From the NCBI GenBank assembly GCA_031370645.1, contig JANMQV010000003.1, positions 1-64,000 on the forward strand: a DNA stretch of 64,000 bases. The letters run 5' to 3'. Under the pieces are notes generated by a model that saw nothing but the letters and a program-made list of their open reading frames with translations, was not told where the DNA came from and did no database searches. The translations under genes were made by a program, and so were the position numbers. The DNA comes from Candidatus Eiseniibacteriota bacterium (GTDB lineage Bacteria > Eisenbacteria > RBG-16-71-46 > SZUA-252). Shown here piece by piece: positions 26,480 to 35,781 of the stretch. How positions within the stretch are numbered: the stretch's first letter is position 1; every line of letters begins with the position of its first letter.

Positions 26480-27322
26480 ATGGCCCGCGCGGCGGTTCTT
26501 CAGATTCCCGGCGTGAATTGCGAATACGAGTCGGCCCGTGCCCTCGAGGCGGTCGGCATCGAGGCCCGTATCATCCGGTTCAACGAAGCCTCGTCCGTGC
26601 TCTCGGAGTTCGATGCATTCGTCCTCCCCGGCGGTTTTGCGTTCCAAGACCGGATCCGCGCCGGGGCCGTGGCGGCGAAACTTCCGGCCGTGGAACGGAT
26701 CGCGCGCGAATCGGAGTCGGGAAAGCCGGTGATCGGCATCTGTAACGGCGCGCAGGTACTGGTGGAGACGGGAATCGTGCCGGGCATTCACCCTGGACGT
26801 GTTGAACTCGCGCTCGCGCCGAATCGCGCGCCGCGGCGCCCGGGGTACCAATGCCGCTGGATTCACGTCCGTCCGAGCGAGGGCCCGGGCCGCGCCACGT
26901 TCGCCGCCACGATCGCGCTCGATGAATTCGTCCCGCTCCCGCTCGCCCATGGCGAAGGCCGCTTCACGACGGCCGATCCCGACGTGCGCGCGCGGATCGA
27001 ATCGCAAGGGCTCGTCCTCTTCCGCTACGTCGATGGGGCGGGCCATCCCGCGGACCACTATCCCGACGACCCCAACGGCGCCATGTTTCAGGCAGCCGGC
27101 ATCACGAACGTCGCCGGAAACGTGCTCGCCTTCATGCCACACCCGGAACGCGCCGCCTGGCTTCGCATGATGCCGCAAGACTGGCCCGGTGCCTGGGGCG
27201 AGCGGCGCCGCGCGGTGATCGGGAAGTTCGATGCGCTCGAGGGAGCGGGGCCTGGAAGGTTCCTCTTCGCCTCGCTGGCGAAGCGGCTCGGCGTGTCGAC
27301 CCCGCAGGGGGCGCCCGCATGA
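26480..27322 (+). CDS. purQ: FGAM synthase glutaminase subunit
   Basis: Motifs PGVNCE, LPGGF, GICNGAQ, AHGEG and MPHPER. Confidence 0.95.
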   Translation: MARAAVLQIPGVNCEYESARALEAVGIEARIIRFNEASSVLSEFDAFVLPGGFAFQDRIRAGAVAAKLPAVERIARESESGKPVIGICNGAQVLVETGIVPGIHPGRVELALAPNRAPRRPGYQCRWIHVRPSEGPGRATFAATIALDEFVPLPLAHGEGRFTTADPDVRARIESQGLVLFRYVDGAGHPADHYPDDPNGAMFQAAGITNVAGNVLAFMPHPERAAWLRMMPQDWPGAWGERRRAVIGKFDALEGAGPGRFLFASLAKRLGVSTPQGAPA

Positions 27323-27915
27323 GCGCGGTTCTCCTCACGCGACTCAAGATCACCGATCTCACCGCCCTCACGGCGCTCGAGGCGGGGCGCCGCATGCTGC
27401 CGGAAGGCCATGCGCTGGAGCGGATTGTCCGCGAGGAGCTCTTTCTCTTCGAGCCCGAGTCGGGCGTCGCTCCGGCAGCGTTCGAGCAACGGCTTCACGA
27501 AGCGATTGAAACCAGTAACTTCTTCGTGAATCCAAACAAGGAGCGCTTTCGCTTCCTGACGTCCGGGCAACGGGGCGCCACCTGGAGCCCGCCGGAAGGA
27601 GCCTGGGGGATTCTCGCCCGATCGCGCGACGACACTCGCGACGAAGGGCTTCGGGCGCGGCTGCTCCGCGAGCATCCGCTTCCGGGGCTTGCGGCCATCC
27701 GCCGCGCTCGCGCCTGGTGGCTCTGGACGCGCGACGCGAGCGGTGCCCCCGCAAAAGAATATTTCTACGTGCGACTCGGTCCGCTTCAGGGCCCGTCGAA
27801 GGGACTTCTGTTGAATCCGCACGCCGAGGCGTCGCTTCGGATCTTCGGCGACGTGGCGTGGAAGGACGTGGAACGATTCCTGGCGGAACCGGCGCTTCAG
27901 CCGGCGGCCGCCTGA
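27319..27915 (+). CDS. Probable tandem (two-repeat) PurS-like FGAM synthase subunit
   Basis: Lies between purQ and purF with translational coupling to purQ. It is 198 aa, about twice PurS size, and has two PurS-like C-terminal signatures, FFVNPNKE and LLLNPHAE. Confidence 0.55.
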   Translation: MSAVLLTRLKITDLTALTALEAGRRMLPEGHALERIVREELFLFEPESGVAPAAFEQRLHEAIETSNFFVNPNKERFRFLTSGQRGATWSPPEGAWGILARSRDDTRDEGLRARLLREHPLPGLAAIRRARAWWLWTRDASGAPAKEYFYVRLGPLQGPSKGLLLNPHAEASLRIFGDVAWKDVERFLAEPALQPAAA

Positions 27916-27932
27916 GGAAGGAGATTCCCACT

Positions 27933-29399
27933 TTGGCATTGCCGGTCACGCTTACGGAGAGCAGTCGGACCCGAACCGGGGCGCACGGCGACCACCTGCG
28001 CGAAGAGTGCGGCGTGTTCGGCATCTGGGGCGCGCCCAACGCGGCGCGGCTCGCGTACGCCGGGCTCTACTCGCTTCAGCATCGCGGACAGGAGAGCGCC
28101 GGCATCGTCGCGACCGACGGCGTGGAATATCGCCTCCACCGCGGCGTCGGCCTCGTGTCGGACGTCTTCGGCGTGGGCACGCTCGACAAGCTTCAGGGAC
28201 ATATCGCCATCGGGCACAATCGCTACTCCACCACCGGCGGGAGTCACATCCAAAACGCGCAGCCTCTCGTCGTGAACTTCCGGGAAGGGAAGCTCGCGAT
28301 CGGGCACAACGGAAACCTCGTGAACGCCCTCGAACTCCGTCGCGAGATGGAGGAACAGGGGTCCATCTTCCAGACGACGAGCGACACGGAAGTGATCCTC
28401 CACCTGATCGCCCGCTCGAAGGCGACAGAGATCGAACGAATGGTCGCGGAGGCGCTCGCGCGCTGCCAGGGCGCCTACTCGCTCGTGCTCTTGGCCGGCG
28501 AGAAGCTGATCGGCGTGCGCGATCCGAGGGGATTCCGCCCTCTCTGCCTCGGCCGCCGCGGCGACGCCCACGTCCTCGCGAGCGAGACCTGCGCGCTCGA
28601 CATCGTCGGAGCCACGTTCATCCGCGAGATCGAGCCGGGCGAGATGGTCATTCTCGACAGGGACGGCGTTCGCTCGATCAAGATTCTCTCGCCGGAACCG
28701 ATGCGGGCCTGCGTCTTCGAACTCATCTACTTCTCACGCCCCGACAGCGTGGTCTTCGGGCTGAGCGTCGATTCGATCCGCCGAAAACTGGGCCGCCGCC
28801 TGGCCGATGAACACCCGGCCGAGGCCGACATCGTTATCGCGGTTCCCGACTCGAGCAATTCCGCGGCGCTTGGATTCTCGGAACAGTCCGGCATCCCGTT
28901 CGAACTCGGGCTCATCCGAAACCACTACATCGGGCGGACCTTCATCGCGCCGGAGCAGATCTCCCGCGACTTCGGCGTGAACCTCAAATTCAACCCCGTT
29001 CGGCGCATTCTGGAAGGGAAACGGGTCATCGTGGTGGACGACTCGATCGTCCGGGGGACCACCAGCCGAAGCCTCGTCGCGATGCTCCGCGACGCGGGTG
29101 CTCTGGAAATCCACTTCCGCGTCTCGAGCCCGCCGATCGGCTGGTCGTGCTACTACGGGATCGACACGCCGAACCGTCGCGAACTGATCGCCTCTTCCCA
29201 CACGGTCGAGCAGATCCGGAAATATCTAAACGTCGACACGCTCGGCTATCTCTCCATGGAGGGCCTGCGGGCCTGCGTGGAGCGCCCGGACGACCACTGC
29301 TACGCTTGCTTCAGCGGCGAGTACTCGGTTCGGTTCGGTGCGGACATGGACAAACTCGCCATGGAGCGGGGCGCGACCCGCCCCGTGGAGCTCGCCTAA
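27933..29399 (+). CDS. purF: Amidophosphoribosyltransferase (propeptide and 4Fe-4S type)
   Basis: EECGVFG after a short propeptide; motifs QHRGQE, GHNRYST and VDDSIVRGTT; Cys ligands CVFE, CYYGID and CYACF; SD AGGAAGGAG before TTG. Confidence 0.96.
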   Translation: MALPVTLTESSRTRTGAHGDHLREECGVFGIWGAPNAARLAYAGLYSLQHRGQESAGIVATDGVEYRLHRGVGLVSDVFGVGTLDKLQGHIAIGHNRYSTTGGSHIQNAQPLVVNFREGKLAIGHNGNLVNALELRREMEEQGSIFQTTSDTEVILHLIARSKATEIERMVAEALARCQGAYSLVLLAGEKLIGVRDPRGFRPLCLGRRGDAHVLASETCALDIVGATFIREIEPGEMVILDRDGVRSIKILSPEPMRACVFELIYFSRPDSVVFGLSVDSIRRKLGRRLADEHPAEADIVIAVPDSSNSAALGFSEQSGIPFELGLIRNHYIGRTFIAPEQISRDFGVNLKFNPVRRILEGKRVIVVDDSIVRGTTSRSLVAMLRDAGALEIHFRVSSPPIGWSCYYGIDTPNRRELIASSHTVEQIRKYLNVDTLGYLSMEGLRACVERPDDHCYACFSGEYSVRFGADMDKLAMERGATRPVELA

Positions 29400-29437
29400 C
29401 CCCAGAGTCCCGCAGCCGCCGACCCAGCAGCCAGGCG

Positions 29438-29464
29438 TCAAGATCACACCCGGCCTGCCGATAG
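29438..29464 (+). promoter_or_regulatory. sigma28 (FliA/SigD/WhiG-type) promoter upstream of the PilB/GspE ATPase
   Basis: TCAAGATC-N11-GCCGATAG compared with consensus TAAAGTTT-N11-GCCGATAA; intergenic. Confidence 0.6.
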
Positions 29465-29569
29465 ACCGGTGGACGGAGAGGCGAGTTCCGCCCTTCGGCC
29501 ACCCGGTCTGTTCGCGCGGCGCCGCACTGGTGGCGCCGCTACAGCAGCAACTTATGGCGGAGTCTTCGC

Positions 29570-31603
29570 GTGACGACGGAAGAGACGAACGGGCGGAAAA
29601 AGCTGGGCGAGTACCTTCTGGAAGCGGGGCTCCTCAACGAGCACCAGCTGAAGGAGGCGCTCCGGCGCCAGCGGCAGACGAAGGAGCCGCTGGGGCAGAT
29701 CCTCGCGCGGAGCGGGATGATCTCCGAGTCGGACGTCTGCAACGTCCTCCACCAGCAGCTGGGCCTACCCGTCATCGACTTTGCGGCGGTCGCCATCGAG
29801 GAGAGCGTCATCGCGCTCATCCGAGAGGATCTCGCGAAGAAATACACCGCCATCCCGATCGAGCTCGAAGGACGGAGCACGATCCGCGTCGCGATGGCCG
29901 ATCCGCTCAATCAAAGCGCCATCGACGACATCCGCTTCCAGAGCGGTTACTTCGTGAAGCCCGCGCTCGCCCCGCCGTCGGCGATCGTCGAAGCGATTTC
30001 GAAGTACTACCATATCGATGCCTCGGTCGTGGAAATCCTCGAGAACATCATCAAGGACGATCCCGTCAGCGAAGTCCGGGAGATCGTCGACGCTCCGCCC
30101 GACGCCTCGCTCGAAGAGCTGATGAAGCTTTCGGCCGGGCCGCCGATTGTCCGCCTCGCCAATTGGGTCATCACCCGAGCCGTGGAGATGCGCGCGAGCG
30201 ATATCCACATCGAGCCGCATGAGAAGGGAGTCGGCGTCCGCATTCGCGTCGACGGACTCCTTCAGGACCTTGAGCGGCTGCCGAAGTGGACCCAGGGAGC
30301 GCTCACGTCGCGTGTGAAGATCCTCGCCTCGCTCGACATCGCGGAGAAGCGCCTGCCCCAGGACGGCCGGTTCCGGGTGGAGATGGAAGGGCGCCGCATC
30401 GACCTTCGCGTCTCGACCCTTCCGACCGCGCACGGCGAAAAGATCGTGATCCGAATCGTCGACCAGGAGCGCTCCGCGCTTCGTCTCGACTCCCTCGGCC
30501 TTTCACAGGTCAACCTCGACCGAATCAAGGCGTACGGCCAGCGACCGCAGGGAATCGTCATGGTGACGGGACCCACCGGCAGCGGCAAGACGACCCTCCT
30601 CTACTCGCTCCTGCAGCACATCCACTCGGTGACGAAGAACATCATCACCGTGGAGGACCCGATCGAGTATCAGGTCGCGGGCGTGAACCAGGTGCAGGTG
30701 GACGAGAAGAGCAAGAAGACGTTCGCCTCCATTCTGCGCGCCATGCTCCGCCAGGATCCCGACGTCATGATGATCGGAGAAATCCGCGACACGGAGACGG
30801 CGCAGATCGCCTTCCGCGCCTCGATCACCGGGCATCTCGTGCTCTCGACCGTCCACACGAACGACGCCCCGGCGGCCGTCACGCGGCTCGTCGACCTGGG
30901 ACTCCAGCCCTTCATGGTGGCCTCGAGCCTCGTGGCCGCGATTTCCATGCGCTTGATCCGGCTTCTCTGCCCGAAGTGCAAGGACGCCTACGCGCCGACC
31001 GGAGATGAACTCCGATTGCTCGGCATCTCGCACCGCGACGCGCGGGACTTGTCTCTCTATCGCCCCGTCGGCTGCGAGCACTGCAGCGAGACCGGCTACC
31101 GCGGCCGCACGGGCGTCTTCGAAATCCTGGAGATGACCGAGAATGTGCGTCGCCTCGCGGCGGGGCACGCGACCGAGTCGCTCATCCGCCGCGCGGGCAT
31201 GGAAGACGGGATGATCTCGATCGGTCAGGACGGGCTCGCGAAGGTGATCGCCGGGGAGACGTCGCTCGAGGAAGTGCGGCGCGTCGTCTTCTACGAGGAG
31301 GAGCTCGGCCACGTCTGCGCGACCTGCCGCCACACGGTGGCCTCCGATCATCTCTACTGCCCGCACTGCGGCACCCCGAGCGCGACCTCCTGCGTCTCCT
31401 GTGGCCGCCGCATCGACGCCGAGTGGGGATTCTGCCCGACGTGTGGCAAATCCCGCGCGCGCGTCGCGGGACCCGATTCGCCGGTGGCGGAGGAGTTGAT
31501 CGGCGAGGAGTCCGACCCCGTCGAGAGCGAGCCGATTCCCTCGAGCTCGTCCCGCCGCGGTTCGCGAGGCGGGAAGAACGTCGGAGCCACCCGCGAGGCT
31601 TGA
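29570..31603 (+). CDS. GspE/PilB-family secretion or pilus ATPase with N-terminal MshEN domain and C-terminal double zinc ribbon
   Basis: MshEN repeats KLGEYLLEAGLL…PLGQIL; motifs ASDIHIEP, Walker A GPTGSGKTT, LRQDPDVMMIGEIRD and HTND; tetracysteine CPKC/CEHC; C-terminal CxxC…CPxCG twice. Confidence 0.93.
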   Translation: MTTEETNGRKKLGEYLLEAGLLNEHQLKEALRRQRQTKEPLGQILARSGMISESDVCNVLHQQLGLPVIDFAAVAIEESVIALIREDLAKKYTAIPIELEGRSTIRVAMADPLNQSAIDDIRFQSGYFVKPALAPPSAIVEAISKYYHIDASVVEILENIIKDDPVSEVREIVDAPPDASLEELMKLSAGPPIVRLANWVITRAVEMRASDIHIEPHEKGVGVRIRVDGLLQDLERLPKWTQGALTSRVKILASLDIAEKRLPQDGRFRVEMEGRRIDLRVSTLPTAHGEKIVIRIVDQERSALRLDSLGLSQVNLDRIKAYGQRPQGIVMVTGPTGSGKTTLLYSLLQHIHSVTKNIITVEDPIEYQVAGVNQVQVDEKSKKTFASILRAMLRQDPDVMMIGEIRDTETAQIAFRASITGHLVLSTVHTNDAPAAVTRLVDLGLQPFMVASSLVAAISMRLIRLLCPKCKDAYAPTGDELRLLGISHRDARDLSLYRPVGCEHCSETGYRGRTGVFEILEMTENVRRLAAGHATESLIRRAGMEDGMISIGQDGLAKVIAGETSLEEVRRVVFYEEELGHVCATCRHTVASDHLYCPHCGTPSATSCVSCGRRIDAEWGFCPTCGKSRARVAGPDSPVAEELIGEESDPVESEPIPSSSSRRGSRGGKNVGATREA

Positions 31604-31628
31604 CCGCCCGGTCGCCCCTCCCTAGAAT
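31600..31628 (+). promoter_or_regulatory. sigma70-type promoter for lysS-lolC/E-lolD
   Basis: TTGACC-N17-TAGAAT; the TGA inside the -35 box is the ATPase stop codon. Confidence 0.7.
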
Positions 31629-31700
31629 CCCCCGACCCTACGACCGCGACGGCATCACGCCGAAACGCGGGATCCCGCAGGGAGTTCCAGCACGGGGCCC

Positions 31701-33164
31701 ATGTCCGTTCAGGAGATCCGCCGCACCAAGCTCGACGCGCTCCGCGCGGCCGGCGTCGAACCGTTCGCCTACGGATTCGACGTCACGCATCGCTCCGCCC
31801 GAATCCTCGCCGACGCGGAAGCACTCGAGGCCTCCGCCGCGCCGGTCCGTTTCGCGGGACGGCTGATGACGAAACGGGGACACGGCAAGGCCTCCTTCGC
31901 TCACCTCAAGGATCGCGACGGCCTTCTACAAATCTATCTCCGCGAGGATACGCTCGGCGCGGAGGGATATGCCGCGGCGCTCGAATGGGATCACGGCGAC
32001 TGGATCGGCGTCGAGGGGCCGATCTTCAAGACGCGCACCGGCGAAGTGACGGTGAAGGTGGAGCGCGCCACGTTCCTCGCGAAGGCGCTTCGGCCCCTTC
32101 CCGAGAAGTGGCACGGGCTCACCGACGTCGAGATCCGGTATCGGCAGCGCTACACCGACCTCGTCGTGAACGACGAGGTGCGTGCCGTGTTCCGCGCCCG
32201 TAGCGCCATCGTCCGCGCGATGCGGGCGTTCCTCGACGACCGCGAGTTCCTGGAAGTCGAAACACCCGTGCTTCAGGCGCTCTACGGCGGCGCCACGGCG
32301 CGACCGTTCATCACGCACCACAACGCGCTCGACATGCCGCTCTACCTCCGCATCGCGGACGAACTCTACTTGAAGAGGCTGATCGTGGGCGGGCTCGAGC
32401 GCGTGTACGAAATCTCGAAGGATTTCCGGAACGAAGGGATCGACCGGAGCCACAACCCCGAGTTCACCATGCTCGAGTTCTATCAGGCCTTCGCCGACTA
32501 CGAACAGATGATGGCGGTGACCGAGGCGCTCGTCGTCCACACGGTACGCGCGGTGCACGACACGCTGGCCATCCCGTACGCGGGAAAGACGGTCGACTTC
32601 ACGCCACCCTGGCGGCGGCTTCCATTCTCGGCGGCGGCGGCGCAGGGGCTCGGGCTTCCGTCCGTGCCGGCGACGCTCGACGATCTTCGTGCGGCGGCGC
32701 GCCGTGTCGGTCTCTCGGTCGATCCCGCGCTCGGCTACGGCCGGCTGCTTGACGAGATCGTCTCGGAAAAGGTGCAGCCCGATCTGATCGCGCCGACGTT
32801 TCTGACCGACCATCCGCGCGACATGTCGCCGCTCGCGAAGGCGAAGCGGGGAAACCCCGACGTCGTGGAGCGCTTCGAGGTCATCGTGGCGGGGATGGAA
32901 ATCGCCAACGCCTTCTCCGAGCAGAACGACCCCGACGCGCAGCGGCGCGCCTTCGAGGACCAGATGGAGCAGCGAAAGAAGGGGGACGACGAAGCGCAGC
33001 CGCTCGATGCCGACTACCTTCGCGCGCTGGAGATGGGGATGCCGCCGACCGGGGGTGTTGGGATCGGCGTCGATCGCGTCGTCATGCTCCTCACCGACCA
33101 GCGCTCGATCCGCGACGTGATTCTCTTCCCCCACATGCGTCCCGAGGAGGAGGCGGGCGCCTGA
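31701..33164 (+). CDS. lysS: Lysine--tRNA ligase (class II)
   Basis: Motifs RYRQRY, FLEVETP, FRNEG, HNPEFTMLEFY and GMPPTGGVGIGVDR. Confidence 0.97.
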   Translation: MSVQEIRRTKLDALRAAGVEPFAYGFDVTHRSARILADAEALEASAAPVRFAGRLMTKRGHGKASFAHLKDRDGLLQIYLREDTLGAEGYAAALEWDHGDWIGVEGPIFKTRTGEVTVKVERATFLAKALRPLPEKWHGLTDVEIRYRQRYTDLVVNDEVRAVFRARSAIVRAMRAFLDDREFLEVETPVLQALYGGATARPFITHHNALDMPLYLRIADELYLKRLIVGGLERVYEISKDFRNEGIDRSHNPEFTMLEFYQAFADYEQMMAVTEALVVHTVRAVHDTLAIPYAGKTVDFTPPWRRLPFSAAAAQGLGLPSVPATLDDLRAAARRVGLSVDPALGYGRLLDEIVSEKVQPDLIAPTFLTDHPRDMSPLAKAKRGNPDVVERFEVIVAGMEIANAFSEQNDPDAQRRAFEDQMEQRKKGDDEAQPLDADYLRALEMGMPPTGGVGIGVDRVVMLLTDQRSIRDVILFPHMRPEEEAGA

Positions 33165-33204
33165 GCGCCCGCGGCCGCGGACGTCGCGGCCGCCCCGCCG
33201 ATCG

Positions 33205-34428
33205 ATGGGCTACGTCCGAACGATCGCCTTCCGCTACCTGCGCTCCAAGCGCCGGCTCAACTTTATCACGCTCGTGAGTCTCCTCGCGTCGGGGGGTGTC
33301 TTCCTCGGCGTGGCGGCGCTCACCATCGTGCTCTCCGTCATGAACGGCTTCGAGGACCAGGTCCAGCGGCGCATCGCCGGGACGAACGCCCACATCGCCG
33401 TCCTCGGCTCCGACGACGCGCCGCTCCCGATCGGGGAGGGGATTCCGAACGCGATCCGGAAGGCGCTTCCGGATGCGGAAGTGGCGCCGTTCGTCTACGG
33501 GAAGGTGATGGTCGCGTCGAAGTCGAGCGTCGACGGCATGGTGTTGAAGGGTGTCGAGCCGCAGCGGGAAGTGCGCGTCACCGATATTCTCGCCCATCTC
33601 GCTCCGTCCGAGGGCGCGTTCGACGGGGGCGATCTCCCCGGCATTGCGCTCGGCCAGGAATTGGCGCTTCGCCTTCGCGTCCGACGTGGCGACATCATCC
33701 TCGTGAGCGTTCCGCGGGAAGAGCCGGGTGGAATCCTGGGCGGCGTACCGCACAGCCGCCGGCTTCGCGTGAGCGCTATCTTCGAATCGGGGCTCTACGA
33801 ATACGACTCCTCCTTTGGCATCGTTCTCCTCGAAACGGCTCAGGAGTTCTTCGGGCTCGAGAACGAGGTGACGGGATATCAGCTCCGGATCGCCGACCTC
33901 TTTCACGCGCGGGAGCATGCCGATCGACTCGGCGAGGAACTCGGCCCTTCCTATCGGATCACGAACTGGATCGACCTGAACCGGAATCTCTTCGCCTGGA
34001 TGAAGATCGAGAAGGCGGTCATGTTCACGATCCTGGTACTCATCGTGCTCGTGGCGGCCGTGAACATCGTCTCGAGCCTGGTGATGCTGGTCTTGGAGAA
34101 GCGGCGCGATATCGGGGTTCTTCGGACCATGGGGGTCACTCCGGGGGGAATCTTGAGGATTTTCCTGCTTCAGGGCACGATGATCGGGGCGGTGGGGACG
34201 ACCCTCGGCCTGACGGTGGGGGCCGCGGTCTCCTACGCGCTCGGACGCTGGAAACTCCTTCAACTGCCGGGCGAGATCTACTTCCTGGACACCTTGCCGG
34301 TCAAGATGGAGCCGCTCGATTTCGCGCTCGTCGGGATCTCCGCGGTGATCATTTGCTTTGCCGCGAGCCTCTACCCGGCGTGGCAAGCGGCGAAGCTTCC
34401 GCCGGTGCAGGCGATCCGCTATGAGTGA
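33205..34428 (+). CDS. lolE: Lipoprotein-releasing ABC transporter permease LolC/E
   Basis: Motifs IAFRYLRS, VLSVMNGF, IFESGLYEYD, EKRRDIGVLRTMG and LYPAWQAA. Confidence 0.9.
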   Translation: MGYVRTIAFRYLRSKRRLNFITLVSLLASGGVFLGVAALTIVLSVMNGFEDQVQRRIAGTNAHIAVLGSDDAPLPIGEGIPNAIRKALPDAEVAPFVYGKVMVASKSSVDGMVLKGVEPQREVRVTDILAHLAPSEGAFDGGDLPGIALGQELALRLRVRRGDIILVSVPREEPGGILGGVPHSRRLRVSAIFESGLYEYDSSFGIVLLETAQEFFGLENEVTGYQLRIADLFHAREHADRLGEELGPSYRITNWIDLNRNLFAWMKIEKAVMFTILVLIVLVAAVNIVSSLVMLVLEKRRDIGVLRTMGVTPGGILRIFLLQGTMIGAVGTTLGLTVGAAVSYALGRWKLLQLPGEIYFLDTLPVKMEPLDFALVGISAVIICFAASLYPAWQAAKLPPVQAIRYE

Positions 34429-35158
34429 GGCGCGCTCGCGCAGAGAGTCGGAGCCAGAGGCGGCACCCGGCGCGACGGCGGCAGCGATCGAAGCCGAAGG
34501 GCTCTCGATGACCTATCTCGGGAGCGCCGTCCCCGTCGAAGTGTTGCGCGAGGTCTCGCTCTCCGTATCGCCTGGAGAAATGGTCGCGATCGTCGGGGCA
34601 TCGGGATCGGGAAAGTCGACGCTCCTCCATTTGCTCGGTGGGCTCGACACGCCTTCGAAGGGAACCATCCGCGTGCGCGGCCAAGCGCTGACCGGACTGA
34701 GCGAAGATGCTCGATCACGGTTACGGGCGCGCACGGTCGGATTCATCTTTCAATTTCACCAGTTGCTTCCGGAGTTCACGGCGCTCGAGAACGCCATGAT
34801 GCCCGGCTGGATCACCGGAGATCCGCCGGAGGCGGTCGCGGCACGGGCCACCTCGCTCCTCGAGGGGCTCGGGCTGGGTGCGCGGTTGGAGCACAAACCG
34901 GCCGAGCTTTCGGGAGGGGAACAGCAGCGTGTGGCGGTGGCGCGGGCGCTTCATCATCGGCCCGCCGTGCTCCTTGCGGACGAGCCGACCGGGAATCTCG
35001 ACCGGCCCGCTACCGAGGCGCTCCTGAAAATATTGGACCGATACCGGTTGGAGGAGTCCCAAGCCATTGTCATTGCAACACATAACCCAGATGTCGCACG
35101 GGCGGCGGGGCGTGTGGTAGCACTTGAGGATGGCCGTCTCAGGCCGATGAACTTGTAG
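34421..35158 (+). CDS. lolD: Lipoprotein-releasing ABC transporter ATPase
   Basis: Motifs GASGSGKST, GFIFQFHQLLPEFTALEN, LSGGEQQR and LADEPTGNLD; adjacent to lolC/E. Confidence 0.9.
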   Translation: MSEARSRRESEPEAAPGATAAAIEAEGLSMTYLGSAVPVEVLREVSLSVSPGEMVAIVGASGSGKSTLLHLLGGLDTPSKGTIRVRGQALTGLSEDARSRLRARTVGFIFQFHQLLPEFTALENAMMPGWITGDPPEAVAARATSLLEGLGLGARLEHKPAELSGGEQQRVAVARALHHRPAVLLADEPTGNLDRPATEALLKILDRYRLEESQAIVIATHNPDVARAAGRVVALEDGRLRPMNL

Positions 35159-35253
35159 GATGCCCGCATCTAAGGAGTTGCGGGGGTACCAGGGGCGGGG
35201 AGACGCGCAGCCGAGAGCGAACGCCGGGGGGCGAGGGAGGCCCTGAACGCCAC

Positions 35254-35781
35254 ATGCAATGCCAGATCTGCGGGAAACGACCTGCGGTGGTTCACTTCAC
35301 CGAGATCGTGAATAACAAGAAGTCCGATCACCACGTTTGCGAGAAGTGCGCCGAGGAGCGCGGCTACCACGTGCCGCTGCTCAAGTCGAAGTTCTCGGTC
35401 GGCGATCTTCTCGCGGGCATGGTCGATCAGGCGGGGCAGGGCGAGGAGTCGAAGGTCGGGCGCGTGCAGTGTCCGCGCTGCAATCTCGTCTACTCCGAGT
35501 TCAAGGAATCGGGGCGCCTCGGCTGCTCCGACTGCTACACGACATTCCGTTCGCAACTCCGCCCGCTCCTGCGGCGTATCCACGGCAGCACGAAGCACGT
35601 CGGAAAAGCACCGGCGCGCGATTCGGAGCGCGTGGCGCTTCGCCGCGAGGTGCAGCGGCTCCACGAGGAGTTGCAGCACGCGATCGAGCGCGAGGAGTTC
35701 GAGAACGCCGCGTCGATTCGAGACCGTATCCGCGCCATGGAGGCGCAGAGCGCCGGTCCGGCGGCGGGGAGTTCCACGTGA
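35254..35781 (+). CDS. mcsA: Protein-arginine kinase activator McsA (UVR domain)
   Basis: Four CxxC motifs, GRLGCSDCY, HVGK and C-terminal UVR motif EEFENAASIRDRI. Confidence 0.92.
   Translation: MQCQICGKRPAVVHFTEIVNNKKSDHHVCEKCAEERGYHVPLLKSKFSVGDLLAGMVDQAGQGEESKVGRVQCPRCNLVYSEFKESGRLGCSDCYTTFRSQLRPLLRRIHGSTKHVGKAPARDSERVALRREVQRLHEELQHAIEREEFENAASIRDRIRAMEAQSAGPAAGSST

Noticed and set aside
31630..31700. Possible tRNA, T-box or lysine riboswitch in the lysS leader
   Set aside because: The leader is only about 65 nt, with no cloverleaf, T-box motif or L-box features.
35117..35200. CIRCE or CtsR operator upstream of mcsA (TAGCACTT half-site) and a CCCGCA…TGCGGG hairpin
   Set aside because: There is no matching second half-site or heptad direct repeat. 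The hairpin lacks a U-tract, so it was not called a terminator.
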